From Octopus sinensis (Eukaryota): a stretch of 64,000 nt of DNA. Shown here in pieces: positions 1-12,185 of the stretch (its first letter is position 1; every line of letters starts with the position of its first letter). The position numbers and the translations under genes are program-made. The stretch covers positions 23,064,001-23,128,000 of the forward strand of contig NC_043010.1 of assembly GCF_006345805.1 (NCBI RefSeq), in the 5' to 3' direction. A model generated the notes under the pieces. It had not been told where the DNA came from. It worked only from the letters and a program-made list of their open reading frames with translations, and did not search any database.

Positions 1-158
1 AGACCGTCCTCCACCCCACCCCCGCCGAGAGAAATTATGTAAATGTTGGCAGAAAATGAAGGAAGTGCGCTAAGCTAGATAGGAAAGCTTCACATTTGCT
101 CCATCAACATCAGCTGGAGATAACAACGACAATAACAACAAGCATTACCACCACCACC

Positions 159-159
<1 letters not shown>

Positions 160-190
<31 letters not shown>

Positions 191-230
191 TAATAATAAT
201 AATATCAACAACAACAACAACAACAATAAA
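160..230. repeat. (AAT)n/(AAC)n microsatellite
   Basis: Direct trinucleotide runs; these explain the poly-N/I/L ORFs. Confidence 0.95.
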
Positions 231-630
231 CCCAGAAAGCACGGAAGACAACCACAAAAGCTCCGAAAAGAAGCAAATTGAGATGGAAAAAACCAGACGT
301 ATAAAATATACAAAATTCACCATAAATTTCTGTCATGTGAAGATATTGATTTCTGTTTCTGAGACGTTTTGGTTAAATTGTGAGGGTAAGAGATAATAAG
401 CACTGGAACCGAACCTTTATATGTGGCTACTAATTATTTCTTTGATCGACACACCACCACCACCAACACCACCACCATCACTAGCAGCAGCAGTAGCAAC
501 AGCCCGATCGCCATGTGTAGCAGTGTTTAGAGCCATCTGTCACCATGTTAGAGACAAAATTGTCACAATGTCGACCCCGATCCGTCCGTGATTGAATTAA
601 AGAAAAAAAAGAAAAAAAGAAATTGGTTAT

Positions 631-795
631 AGGCGCAGACGTGGCTGTCTGGTAAAAAACTTGCTTCCCAACCGCATGATCCAGTGTTCTGACACACTAT
701 GTGACACATTTGCTAACCGTCTTCTGCTATATGCTCGGACTGACAACAGCTTCGTGAATGAGTTGGGTAGACAGAAACCATAAGAAGCCCGTTGT
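631..795 (+). mobile_element. tRNA-derived CORE-like SINE head (family A), diverged copy
   Basis: Aligns by eye with the copies at 52722, 60821 and 63544 (ggcgtggctgtgtggtaag...gtagacggaaactgaaagaagcccgtcg). Confidence 0.75.
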
Positions 796-1009
796 GTTCG
801 ATTAGTATTTGCCAGGGAGGTCATCGCTCCCATCTCTAACATTTCGTGATACAAACATACCCGGGTTTCTGGATGGTCACCTATCTTCAGTGTGTGTTAA
901 TCGATGGCTAGTGATGAAGAACTCATTCCACTCTCAAAAGATGCTATCCTCTTTCTAGCCACACACTCGCGCTGATCTCGTGAAGAGAAAGAGAAATTAT
1001 ATTAAATCA

Positions 1010-1011
<2 letters not shown>

Positions 1012-1093
<82 letters not shown>

Positions 1094-1095
1094 CT

Positions 1096-1167
<72 letters not shown>

Positions 1168-1270
1168 CTATATATAACATATATATACATACATATATAT
1201 AAACATATACATATATATATAGCAGATACACACACACACACAAACACACACATATATATATATATACATA
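1012..1270. repeat. (TA)n/(CA)n microsatellite
   Basis: Direct dinucleotide runs. Confidence 0.95.
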
Positions 1271-1294
1271 CATAAATACACACATATATATAGA

Positions 1295-2215
1295 GTTGGA
1301 ATTTACAAACAAACGACGAAGATGGGTGTGTAAACAACAAACAGATATATTTGTTAACACTCGGGAAGTGAGACAGTCTTTTACGTTTCGAGCCTACACT
1401 CTTCAACAGAAAGGAACACAAAAATAAGCAGGGAGGGAAAATAGAAAAAGGTTTAGTGGCTAACGATCTATCATGGCAAATGCCGGACAGAGGGATCACA
1501 CAGGAGAGTTAGGAAGAAGGGGATATAATAAAGTAGTGGTGATCCCAAAATGAAGGTGCGCGTGCGTGTGTATGTGAGAGCGTCTGTAAGAGGGCTGGTG
1601 ACATTGACGTGTGCGTGTGTGCATGTATAGGTGTGTGGATGATGGCGTAGGTGCTGGAAAGTAGCCAGTGCTAGTGTGTGCGCTAGTGTGGGTACTGTGA
1701 AGTGGTCAGTGCCAGTGTGTGGGGGGTATGGTGGTGTGTGGTGAGATGGTATATGGTGTCTGGGGTGGTGTGGTGTAGTGTTGTTGCGGTGTGGGTGAGG
1801 CGAGAGTGGGGGAAGCAAGGGTCGGAGTCTAAGATTTGGGGTGGAGGTCTAAGCGTTGGGGAGGGGGCAGGATGGGATGTATAGGGATGGTGAGGTTGGA
1901 ATGTGTAGGGGTGGGGTAACGATGGAGGGTGATGATGAAGGGAGAGGGTGGAAGTGAGAAGGTAGGTAGGAGTGATGAGAAGAAGTAGGTGCCAGAGCAA
2001 GAGAGGAGAGTGGGTGAGAGGAAGTAGGTATGAGAGGAAGAGAGGAGAGAGGATGAGGGTTAGATGAAGAGGGGATGAGAGTTGAGCCGATGTGGTGCGA
2101 AGGAGAGAAGAGAGAAGGTTAATCTCTGCTCAGTGCGAAGACGGGAGTCCTGATGGCTCCTGTGCAAGGACAATCTGAACACAGACAGATATTGTAAAGA
2201 GAGACCGGTAAAGCG
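1295..2215 (-). mobile_element. 3' remnant of a Penelope-like element (GIY-YIG C-terminus, CA/TC-rich tail, HHR)
   Basis: Minus strand 2215-2060 reads ...QDSRLRTEQRLTFSLLSFAPHRLNSHPLFI*, resembling the PLE endonuclease end (EQxLIFxL...PxGLN). The tail is homologous to 30575-31180 and ends in an HHR motif. Confidence 0.65.
1377..1414 (-). ncRNA. Minimal type I hammerhead-like motif, CUGUUGA core
   Basis: RNA CCUUU-CUGUUGA-A-GAGU(GUAG)GCUC-GAAA-CG-UA-AAAGA; stems I and II pair and stem III is the ACGU palindrome. Confidence 0.7.
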
Positions 2216-2234
2216 GAAAAGACTTTCTAGATAT

Positions 2235-2302
2235 GCTGCACTAAAGATGGGAAATAAGTAAGTAAATATAACTTTACTTTAATCTCGAAACGCGTATGTA
2301 GC
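2235..2302 (+). ncRNA. Degenerate type I hammerhead (core CUAAAGA, long stem II)
   Basis: GCUGCA-CUAAAGA-U-GGGA...UCUC-GAAA-CGCG-UA-UGUAGC; 6-bp stem I, ACGCGU palindrome, G5 mutated. Confidence 0.6.
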
Positions 2303-2671
2303 TAATCTGAGTCGTGTGGATTCATTATTTTTTCTTTTTGCCTACGCAAAAGTGTGTGTTAATGTCTGGGGATCTTTATGGTAGTAGAAAGGGCATTTTA
2401 ACTCCTATTTCTAAATTCTGTGCGTGGCGAAGCAATTAGCTGACCCCTGATTATAATTATGTTTATAATTATTGAATATTTATATGATTTTACCTAAAAA
2501 GGTTATTTCAGCATACCGAGCTACTTGGTACTATTATTAATTATTAATTGATTAATTGATTAATTGATTAATTAATTAATTTTACCCTTTTATTGTTATT
2601 GAAATATATATATACATATAAATATAAGCTTATAAAATGTTACATACTTATATATATATACATATATATAT

Positions 2672-2708
<37 letters not shown>

Positions 2709-2918
2709 CAATAAGAAAATGGAGGGGAACAATAGGTGGTTCATCAACTTTTAGACATTATATTATGTCAACTTATTTATTTACTAAAATGACATTTACA
2801 AGAATATACATACATGTATAAAAAAACTTGTGTATTAATAATTGGGTATTCTACCAGCAGTATATTGGATAGATATTATCCCTTAGTTAGTTGGATTCAC
2901 AACCTCTAAATTTCTTGG

Positions 2919-2956
<38 letters not shown>

Positions 2957-2960
<4 letters not shown>

Positions 2961-3215
2961 ATTATTGGTGAATTGGAGAAATGGAGCTGAACGCAGATTG
3001 AACAGAAATCGTTCTGTTCAATCTGCGTTCAGCTCCATTTCTTCAATTCACCAATAATGTTTTAATTTCAATTATCCGCACCAACGCACGGTTGCAACAC
3101 CATATGGTTGTACCTCCAACCGTGCTGTTTACTGCTGTGATTTTTGCTACTAAGGTATCGGTTAAACTTTTGATTAATCTACTACAAGATTATTCATCTT
3201 TCTATTTCACATAAT
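2957..3215 (+). mobile_element. Solo pseudo-LTR of the 31.6-35.6 kb PLE family with inverted 5' end
   Basis: Near-identical to 31780-31985; 2957-3008 is the reverse complement of 3012-3063. Confidence 0.9.
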
Positions 3216-3654
3216 ATATATATATATATATGTATGTATGTATGTATTATGTATGTATGTATGTATGTATGTATGTATGTATGTAGTATGTATGTATGTA
3301 TGTATGTATGTATGTATTCGCACATACACAAGAATATATGACAAGTACTGCATGCACGCACATTTATACGCATGTGTATCATGATTTAATACTCGCACAC
3401 ACATGGTTACATGCTTGAATACATAGACACACGCATGAGCACATACATCTAAATACACACATTTGCCGTCATTCACGCACTCAACTCCCCCCCACACACA
3501 CACATAAACACACGGATACACACATGGTCAAGCGTGCGTACATATACATACACAATAGGTACACATGCCCACCAGACATACACACACACACATGAAAATG
3601 GTTTCCTATACTAGCACAAGGCTCAAAATTAGGGATTGGGACTAACTCGATTAT

Positions 3655-3805
3655 ATCGACGTCAGTATTCAAATGGTACTTATTTTATCGTCCGCGAAGG
3701 ACGAAAGGCAAAGTCGAATCCGGTGGCATTTGAATTCAGGCTGTTAAGACCAACAAAATGTCGCTTTTAATCGGAATGCTAACGATTTGATCAGCTCAAC
3801 GCCTT
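3655..3805 (-). mobile_element. SINE family B, diverged copy
   Basis: Reverse complement resembles gagttcaaattccgccgaggtcgactttgcctttcatcctttcggggtcgataaattaagtacc. Confidence 0.65.
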
Positions 3806-3987
3806 AAACATAGACATCACACTGAAACCGAATGACGTCAGTGAGCCGTTTAACTCACAGATTATTTACGCATAGTTCTGGATTTTTTTCCGACATTTTT
3901 TTGTTGTTAAAGACATTTCTGTCTCCCTTTCTCTGGCATTTCCTGTCTTATTTTAGACTTCCTTTTTCTCACACACTCTATTATGCG

Positions 3988-4070
<83 letters not shown>

Positions 4071-4078
4071 ATATATAT

Positions 4079-4122
<44 letters not shown>

Positions 4123-4226
4123 TACATACGTACATATATAGTATAAATAGATATATATAATATATATAAACATAAATATATATATATATGTATATATATA
4201 TACATATATATGTTGTATATATATAC

Positions 4227-4257
<31 letters not shown>

Positions 4258-4326
4258 ATATGATAAATATATATATATATCTATATATATATATATAATA
4301 TATATATATATATATAAAAATATATA

Positions 4327-4380
<54 letters not shown>
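3988..4380. repeat. (TATC)n followed by (TA)n and (TG)n
   Basis: Direct repeats. Confidence 0.95.
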
Positions 4381-4389
<9 letters not shown>

Positions 4390-5210
4390 TGTTTCTTCGC
4401 GCGTGTGTTATGTATATATATATATATATATATACTTTATTAAAAAGCAGCAAAAATATCACAAAAACTGTTACTCAGAGTTCCACGTACGCGTTCGTCG
4501 GACAGTTTTGTTTAGAATATATTTATGAGTGTGTGTGTTTGTGTGTTTTAAACATCCATCCATCCATGTACACATTTACGTCCTCAGACATGTATATAAA
4601 CGAATACACACACACACACAACACACCACACACACACACACAATACATCAATCTATCTATCAAACCTCTCACCCCCACAATCCCTTCCGTTTACCATTCA
4701 GATATGTTTCATTCCTTGGACGAAACCTCAACAAACAGCTCAAACTTGACCTTGCCAGTAATCTATACATATACATATACATACACACACACACATATTA
4801 CAAATCAAGGAGACTACTTGAGATTAAAAAACAAAACAAAAATCACAATCGGCGAATTAGTTTTATTTTATTATTTATGTATTTATTTTGTTGTTGTTTA
4901 TTGAGGGTTATATATATATTTTGTGTGTATTTTGTGTTCCGAAATCAATATCACACGTCGAATTGAGTGACTGAATGTCGCAGGGTGGAAGTGATTACAA
5001 TCCAATTTTGGCAGAAGAGATCGGGTGTGTGTGTGTGTTTATGCGAGTACCATTGTTTGTGCGTATGTGCATGTGTATGCGTTTATGTATATAAGTATAC
5101 ATGTATATATGTATATATATATATGTTGATTCGTTAGCTACTGCACGCATTCTTTTTCTCTCCTTCTTTCTGTGTTTTTCTCTCTCTGTGTTTTTTTCTC
5201 TCTCTGTGTA

Positions 5211-5248
5211 TCTTTCTGTTGAAGAGCGTAGGCTCGAAACGTTAAAGA
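5211..5248 (+). ncRNA. Minimal type I hammerhead-like motif, CUGUUGA core
   Basis: UCUUU-CUGUUGA-A-GAGC(GUAG)GCUC-GAAA-CG-UU-AAAGA; 5-bp stem I, 4-bp stem II, ACGU palindrome. Confidence 0.75.
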
Positions 5249-5410
5249 CTTGTTTTATTTATATTTCCTGAGCGCCATACTAATACAATTGTTCGTTTGT
5301 TTTCCACCTGCCTTCGTCTTTTGTTTATTTTCATGTGTGCGTGCATGTATGAATTCATGTGAACGAGTGGATTTACGTTTGTATGTATGTATATGAATAC
5401 TACATACATA

Positions 5411-5554
<144 letters not shown>

Positions 5555-5801
5555 ATATAATTATATATATATATATATATATATATACAATAATAATCTC
5601 TGGCGAGATTAAACAGTAACTGCTCTATACATAAGAGGGATCAGTCATCTGAATGTGGCTAGGGTCAGGGCGGGGTGGTGGGGTTGTTACTGATGCATTT
5701 AGCCCCAGGCGAACATCGACGTCACCAGAAGAGCTGGCACCATCTCGGTGTCCTTGCCAGCCAGCAAAGGGAGATCAGCCTCCCCGAAGATACGGATACT
5801 A

Positions 5802-5844
5802 CACACGGACCGGTTTCGAGGTTATTGCCTCTTGTCAACGTATG
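5802..5844 (-). ncRNA. Type I hammerhead, U3-A8 core variant
   Basis: Reverse complement of the motif at 6051-6093. Confidence 0.75.
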
Positions 5845-6050
5845 GTAAGTACCGCTCTTCGTTGAGGGACTTCCTCTACCGGCTGGATGGCTGATCCCTC
5901 TTATGTTATAGAGCAGTTACTGTTTATATCTCGCCCAGAGATTTATTATTGTTTTCGAACAGATTTTCTACGCCAGTGACTGTGGTTACTGTGAAAATTT
6001 ATATATATCCAGCCGGTAGAGGAAGTCCCTCAACGAAGAGCGGTGCTTAC

Positions 6051-6093
6051 CATACGTTGACAAGAGGCAATAACCTCGAAACCGGTCCGTGTG
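6051..6093 (+). ncRNA. Type I hammerhead, U3-A8 core variant
   Basis: CAUACG-UUGACAA-GAGG(CAAUAA)CCUC-GAAA-CCGG-UC-CGUGUG; 6-bp stem I, 4-bp stem II, ACCGGU palindrome, GUC site. Confidence 0.8.
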
Positions 6094-6282
6094 TAGTATC
6101 CGTATCTTCGGGGAGGCTGATCTCCCTTTGCTGGCTGGCAAGGACACCGAGATGGTGTCAGCTCTTCTGGTGACGTCGATGTTCGCCTGGGGCTAAATGC
6201 ATCAGTAACACCCCCACCACCCCGCCCTGACCCTAGCCACATTCAGATGGCTGATCCCTCTTATGTTATATATATATATATA

Positions 6283-9200
6283 TTCTTCTTTCCCCGTCTG
6301 TCTTGATAGACAATGGGTCGCGCCAAGGGTGGGGCCTACTTTGATGATGAGCAGCGTCTGCTGTGAATGAACAGTCCAATTCTAGAGTGGTAGTCCCTGG
6401 TACAGTTGCTGCACACGAACATCGATGGGTACGTGTGGGGTGTTGCTGCAGTTGTCCTCCTCCTGTCCCGCCTGTCCAACCACAGCTGTGCTCTCCTTTC
6501 CTCAGCCATGGAAACGCCTTTCCTCACTGTCCGACGCCAGGCAGAGCGGTCAGCAGCTGTTACCTCCCACGTGTCCACACAGATGTTGACAGTCCTCAGG
6601 TCGCGCTTGCACACATCCCTGTATCGTAGCTGTGGACGTCCCTTGGGTCGGGATCCCGTGGTGAGTTCGCTGTACAGGATGTCTTTAGGTATGCGACCGT
6701 CCTGCATGCGGCAGACGTGTCCGAGCCAGCGCAGTCGTCTCCGCACGAGGAGGGCATGCATGCTTGGCATATTAGTCTGTTCTAGGATGACTCCGTTTGG
6801 TACTCGGTCCTTCCAGGAGATGCCAAGGATCCGTCGAAGACACCGCATGTTGAAGCCGCTGAGGTGGCATTCTTGCCGGGTGTATGTTGTCCAGCTCTCG
6901 CTGCCGTAGAGTAGGGTGCTCAGCACGCAGGCTCGGTACACTGCGATGTTGGTGGTTATTGTGAGCATGATGTTTTCCCACACTCTCCTGGAGAGCTTAG
7001 CCATGGCAGCAGCAGCCTTCCCAATCCGTCTGTTCAGCTCCGGCTCGAGGGACAGGCTGCTGGAGACCGTCGATCCCAGGCAAGCTGTGGTCGCCGACAC
7101 TGATGCTGGGGACCCCTCCGACGTCCTGGCCCATGATCTCTGTCTTTTTCAGGCCGATGGTAAGGCCGAACTCTTGGCAGGCATCCGCCAGGGAGCTGAC
7201 CAGACTCTGGAGACCCGACTGGTTGTGTGATGTTAGGGCGGCATCGTCAGCAAAGAGGATCTCTCTGATCAGCACCTGACGGACTTTGGTCTTAGCTCTG
7301 AGGCGCGCAAGATTGAACAATCCACCATCAGCCCTGGTGTGGAGGAACACTCCGTCGTCGGACGTTCTGAAGGCATAGGACAGGACAAGGGAGAAGAAAA
7401 TTCCGAAGAGCGTCGGCGCCAGAACGCAACCCTGTTTCACTCCAATCTGGACGAGGAACGACTCCGAGGGCGATCCGTCAAACTGCACTGTTCTCTGCAT
7501 ACCGTCGTGAAAGGAGGTGGTGAGTTTCAGCAGTCTGGGAGGGCAACCTATCCTACCCAGGAGCGCAAACAGCCCCTCCCTGTTGACTGAGTCGAACGCC
7601 TTAGCCGGGTCGATGAAGGCCACGTATAGGGGCTGTCTCTGTTCTCGACTCTTTTCTTCAAGCTGCCTGAGTGAGAAGATCATGTCGATTGTAGACCTCT
7701 CTGCCCTAAAGCCAGACTGAGACTCGGGGTACACACGCTCTGCAAGCATTTGCAACCTCTTCAGGACCACCCTGGCAAATGCCTTACCGACAGTGCTGAG
7801 CAGTGATATGCCCCTGTAATTATTACAGTCGCTTCTGTCCCCTTTGTTTTTATACAGTGTGATGATGTTTGCGTCACGCAAACATCATCACAGAGCCCTC
7901 CTCCCAGCACTGACAGAGCAGCTCGTGGAGATGGCCCAAAAGGGCTGGCTTCCCGCACTGGATGACTTCTGCGGGGATGCCGTCTTGCCCTGGTGCCTTG
8001 CCCCGAGCAAGTGAGTCAATTGCTTTGCTCAGTTCTTCCTTTGTTGGAGGCAGGTCAAGCTCCTCCATGACAGGCAGAGCAGGAATGTCGGCGAGGGCAG
8101 ACCTGGTGACCACATTCTCAGTGGAGTAGAGGTTCTGGTAATGCTCGACCCACCTCTCCATCTGCTTCGCTTGGTCCTTGATGACCTCGCCATCCCTGGA
8201 CTTCAGTGGAGCAACCTTGCTGACAGTGGGCCCGAATGCTTTCTTCATCCTCTCGTACATCCCTTTCACGTTACCACTGTCAGCACAGCACTGGATGTTC
8301 TGGCATAAGTTCTGCCAGTAGATGTTGGCGCAACGTCTGGCCGTCCTCTGGGTGTCACTTCAGGCTGTTCTCAGAGTAGCCAGGTTCTTTTCTGATGGGT
8401 CGCGCTTATAGTTGACCAGTGCTTCCCTCTTGGCAGCAATGACAAGCTCCATCTCAGGCAGGTGAGCTTCAAACCAGTCTTGATTTCTCCGCTCCCTCTT
8501 TCCTAGGGATGACATGGCTATTCTGCAAGTGGTGTCGCGAATAAGCTGCCATCTCTCCTCGATGGACGTGGCTGCGTGATCTTTAAGGGCCTCCTCCATG
8601 CGGTTGGTGAATTCCGAGCGGAGGTCGGGGTTGTTGTCCTGGCGGTGTTGATGCGTGGGCGGCTTTTCCCTACGGGACGGCGGATTTTCTTCTTTGGGGC
8701 CAATCGGACCCTGCTGCACACCAGAGAGTGGTCTGTATCACAGTCAGCACCATGGTAGCTGCGTGTGAGAGCACACTGCCGAGGTGGCTCGCCTGGTGAT
8801 GACCATCCAGTTTTGCCAGTGTCCGGACCTTGGGTGCCTCCATGAGACCTGGTGTTGTGGCTTAGTCATGAAGAATGTGTTGGTAACGCAGAGTTTCCGG
8901 TAAGAGCAAAGCTCCAACAGTCTCTGGCCATTCTCATTCATCTTCCCCACGCCAAAGCGTCCAAGGCAATCTGGCCATGCCCCATTATCGGATCCCACCC
9001 TTGCGTTGAAGTCGCCCAGAAGGAAGATGGCCTCCGACCCTGGTATCTGGCTGATGGTGGCGTCGAGCTCCTCATAGAACCGGTCTTTTATTTCCTGAGG
9101 AGAGTGGAGTGTTGGGGCATAAGCACTAATTATGTTTACCTCCCCGTTGATGTTGCAAGGCCAAGAGTGAGGATGCGCTCTGAGCCATTTGAAGGAGGAT

Positions 9201-10297
9201 CGCCATGGGGAGCAAGCTGTTCCTCGCCACGGCAAACCCCACGCCATGCTGGCGGGCCTCCTCGACGGATATCCCCTGCCAGTAGAGGTGTAGTCCTTCT
9301 CCCGTAGCATGCCGTCTGCGGCGAGCCTGGTCTCTTGCAGCGCCGCTATGTCGATGTTCAGCCTTTTCAATTCGGTGTTGATGACTGCTGTCTTCCTACT
9401 GTCGTTCATCTGTCGTAGATCGTCAATGATGCCAGGGCACATGGTCCTGACATTCCAGGTGGCCAGACGCAAGACTGGTGACTGGGTATTTGTTTTTCCT
9501 TTGTTTGCTGGTGCAGGGTTTTCAGTCTGCTTTTCAGATTTTGTCCTAGCTCCAAGCACCCATTTAAGCGGGCAGTCTGTGGCGGGTCAGCACCATTATT
9601 GGCCGGGGGCTGCCCAGCTTAAGGCGGGCGGTAGCTGATCAGTGGGACTTCAATGATCCCTCCCACCGTTAGAGACCGTAGCGCCCGGGATTACGCCAAT
9701 TCACCCTGGCTTAAAACTCGTAACTGCCATCTCAGCTTGTTCCATCGATGGAGTAGTTTCTCCATGGCGCAAGCCTGGGCGGTAGGAACGAAGACACTGG
9801 GCTGCCCAGACACCAGAATCTCCCTCTCGGCCCCCCATACATAATCCAAAGGAATGCAGTGCAGTACGTTTGGAGTCTGGTTGGCTGCAGGAGTTGCCGG
9901 AAAAGGGTCGAGATTCGACACCCTACCGCCTTCGGGGCTCCACTCCGGATTTTCTGTCTGGGTTTACTCCATAGCCTTTCCCCCCTCCAAGAGCATCCGC
10001 AGGCAGCGGAGCGGGGGTTTGGAGTCAGAGTTTTCCTTCTCCTAGACTGGCTGCCAACCAAGGCTAACGAGCCCAGTCTGCCCACCTGGTATACCGCCAA
10101 GCACCCGGTCGCGCCACACAGCAGGCTCAGTGAGAACAGGGGGGTACCGCGTGAAGGGGTGCTGCTGTGGACACAGTAGTGCAGGAGAGCCATAAGCAAG
10201 AACTTTCCACAAGGCGCAGCCAGGAGAGAAGTTCTGCAGCGATCATTACACCTGGAGAGGAGAGGCTATGAGAGACGCAACCACTTTCCTTTAGCCC
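6283..10297 (-). mobile_element. Near full-length RTE-clade LINE inserted in (TA)n
   Basis: APE endonuclease (LATWNVRT, LQETR, YAPT, LLGDFNARVG), RT (YRGISLLS, QSGFR, GVKQGCVLAP, LFADD) and C-terminal CxxC...H..H..C; ~650-nt 5' region; (TA)n on both sides. Confidence 0.95.
6336..9559 (-). pseudogene. RTE endonuclease-reverse transcriptase polyprotein, frameshifted into at least 5 pieces
   Basis: ORFs 8744-9559, 8360-8719, 7874-8269, 6997-7881 and 6336-7100 are collinear pieces of one protein. Confidence 0.92.
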
Positions 10298-10298
10298 C

Positions 10299-10330
<32 letters not shown>

Positions 10331-10633
10331 CGCATGTATGTAATAATCTGAGTATATAAAACTGAGCCCTGCACGCAGTTGACATATAATACCCAGTGAG
10401 GCCTTGAACATACTTTGTCCGAAGAATAGTATTTATCAATTTGAGTAGCAGCAATATTTTGGCGGAGCAAACATATATGCAAACATGTTACAAGTTCAAA
10501 TATGTTTCAAGCAGATTCGAACCTGTAAGATAGCTATTCACAGTATCTTGTCATGGAGAAAACTTACTCCCTGTAGATAAAGAGGTGTAAATACGCTAAG
10601 TCAGTTCGGAGAGCCTTTTAAGCAGTCTGATAG

Positions 10634-10671
10634 ATGTATATATTTCGGAGTGGTTATCGCCTCTTCAGCAT
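10634..10671 (-). ncRNA. Possible minimal hammerhead with weak stems
   Basis: AUG-CUGAAGA-GG(11 nt)CC-GAAA-UAUA-UA-CAU; core complete but stems only 3 and 2 bp. Confidence 0.4.
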
Positions 10672-10894
10672 TAGATAATGGAAAGGGAAACGCTACGAAC
10701 TGACGAAATATAGATATCTCTTATTACATTCCCGTCATCGAACAGTGACTGATAGCACTGAACAGTGAAGCACTAAAAACTGATGTGAATAATTACAAAT
10801 TGTTACCAGTTCAGATGTGTTTGAAACATTCAACGAGTTGGAGTGGGAAATCATTCCACCCAGGCAATGTTTGAAAAACTAGGAAGAAAGAACG

Positions 10895-11900
10895 GTGGTG
10901 TTGGGGACACTCGACACCATTGCGGTCTTTCCTCAGACAGAAATTGAAAAAGAGTTAGCAGAAAATCTGCCAACTATTAGGTTTACTTCTAGGGGTGTTA
11001 GTTATGCAACGGAGTGGTTGCTATTTGACACCCTTGAGGTGACTCGCAAATTTGCGAGTCAGCCCTTAGAAGGGCAAAAGATTATGTTTCTTCTCACATA
11101 TTGTGGAAAGAAATTAACAACAGCTTGGCTCTGTGGGCTGCCACTGGGCATTGAACCGGAACGGCTAGAGGATACTATCCGCCGGGGTCTGGATGGCAGC
11201 GGGCCCAAGCTTTTAAATGTGAAATTGTAGCCGGCGGCTGATTGGGTGGGGTCAAAAGCGGTTTTGACCCTACTGACCCAATCAGCCACTAAGATCTGGC
11301 ATTTCCAGATTTTCTGAAAATGGCCGGTGGCAGGTACCTAGTGATACTTGAGTGACGCCACCCCCAAGTGTCACGTGTGCCTGGAATCGGGCCATATTAA
11401 GGAGAACCGTCCCCAAGACCAAAGTAGGGTTCTGGAGCAGTTAATAAAAGTAGCGCCCCCTCCTCCTTTGGAAGGAGAAATGGAGGCAGTCGAGGAGGTG
11501 GAGACCTACTCGATAAAAGGAAAAAAGGAAGAAGGTGGGCAACAATGGTTGCCCAGGGAAGTACTCCAAAGCTGCGGGAGGGAGGGAAAATCCTCCGGAT
11601 AAAGTGGAGGAACTACACAGTCCCGTAGCATAAGGGAGGAAAAATAAAGAAAAAACAAAGAATGGGATATTGCCGGCAGCTGGTAGTACACTGCCGGCAT
11701 GTCCTGAAACCTCGTCGGTGGGAATTGTGCCGCCGACGGAGGAAACTGTGGCCCCCTCACAGTGTGATGAAGGATGGTTTTGTGATCTTCTTTCATGAGA
11801 CAGGGGCGGTACAGAGCTTTGTAAAGAAGCTAGAGGGTTGGAGGGAGGGGGTCCTGTCCTGGGCTGAAGACACGGATTAGCTTCCGCAGGTAACTGCGGA
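10895..11900 (+). pseudogene. Decayed gag-like/LINE ORF1-like sequence with zinc knuckle
   Basis: CHVCLESGHIKENR is a CCHC knuckle with the last Cys lost (cgt); flanking non-repetitive coding-like frames carry stops. Confidence 0.5.
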
Positions 11901-12154
11901 GGTCATAATGGAGGAACTGTTCAGGGTAATGGACTCCTTTCCCAAGGACCAATGTAGGTTCGCCTTCTGGAGCCCCGACTTGGAACGGCAGAATTGCCTG
12001 CGGGAGGCATACAGCCTGGTCGGGGAGGAAAGATAAGAGGCCTTAGTGACTCAATTTGAATTTGAATTTGTATTATTTGTATTTTTTGGTTAGAGGCTCA
12101 GCACCTCAATTTCTAAGGACAATTTCGTTTAAAAATATAAGAATACACACACAC

Positions 12155-12185
<31 letters not shown>

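Larger units (their letters stand above)
5590..6270. mobile_element. Non-coding fold-back element with a 360-nt tandem unit and two HHR copies (retrozyme-like)
   Basis: 25-bp direct repeat at 5886 and 6246 (period 360); 5590-5887 is an inverted copy of 6006-6245 plus 5886-5948. Confidence 0.8.

Noticed and set aside
10140-10297. Possible HDV-like ribozyme at the RTE 5' end (known for some RTE elements)
   Set aside because: Hairpins exist (GGGGCUA/UAGCCUC) but I could not build the nested pseudoknot with P1.1 and a catalytic C by hand; needs a descriptor search.
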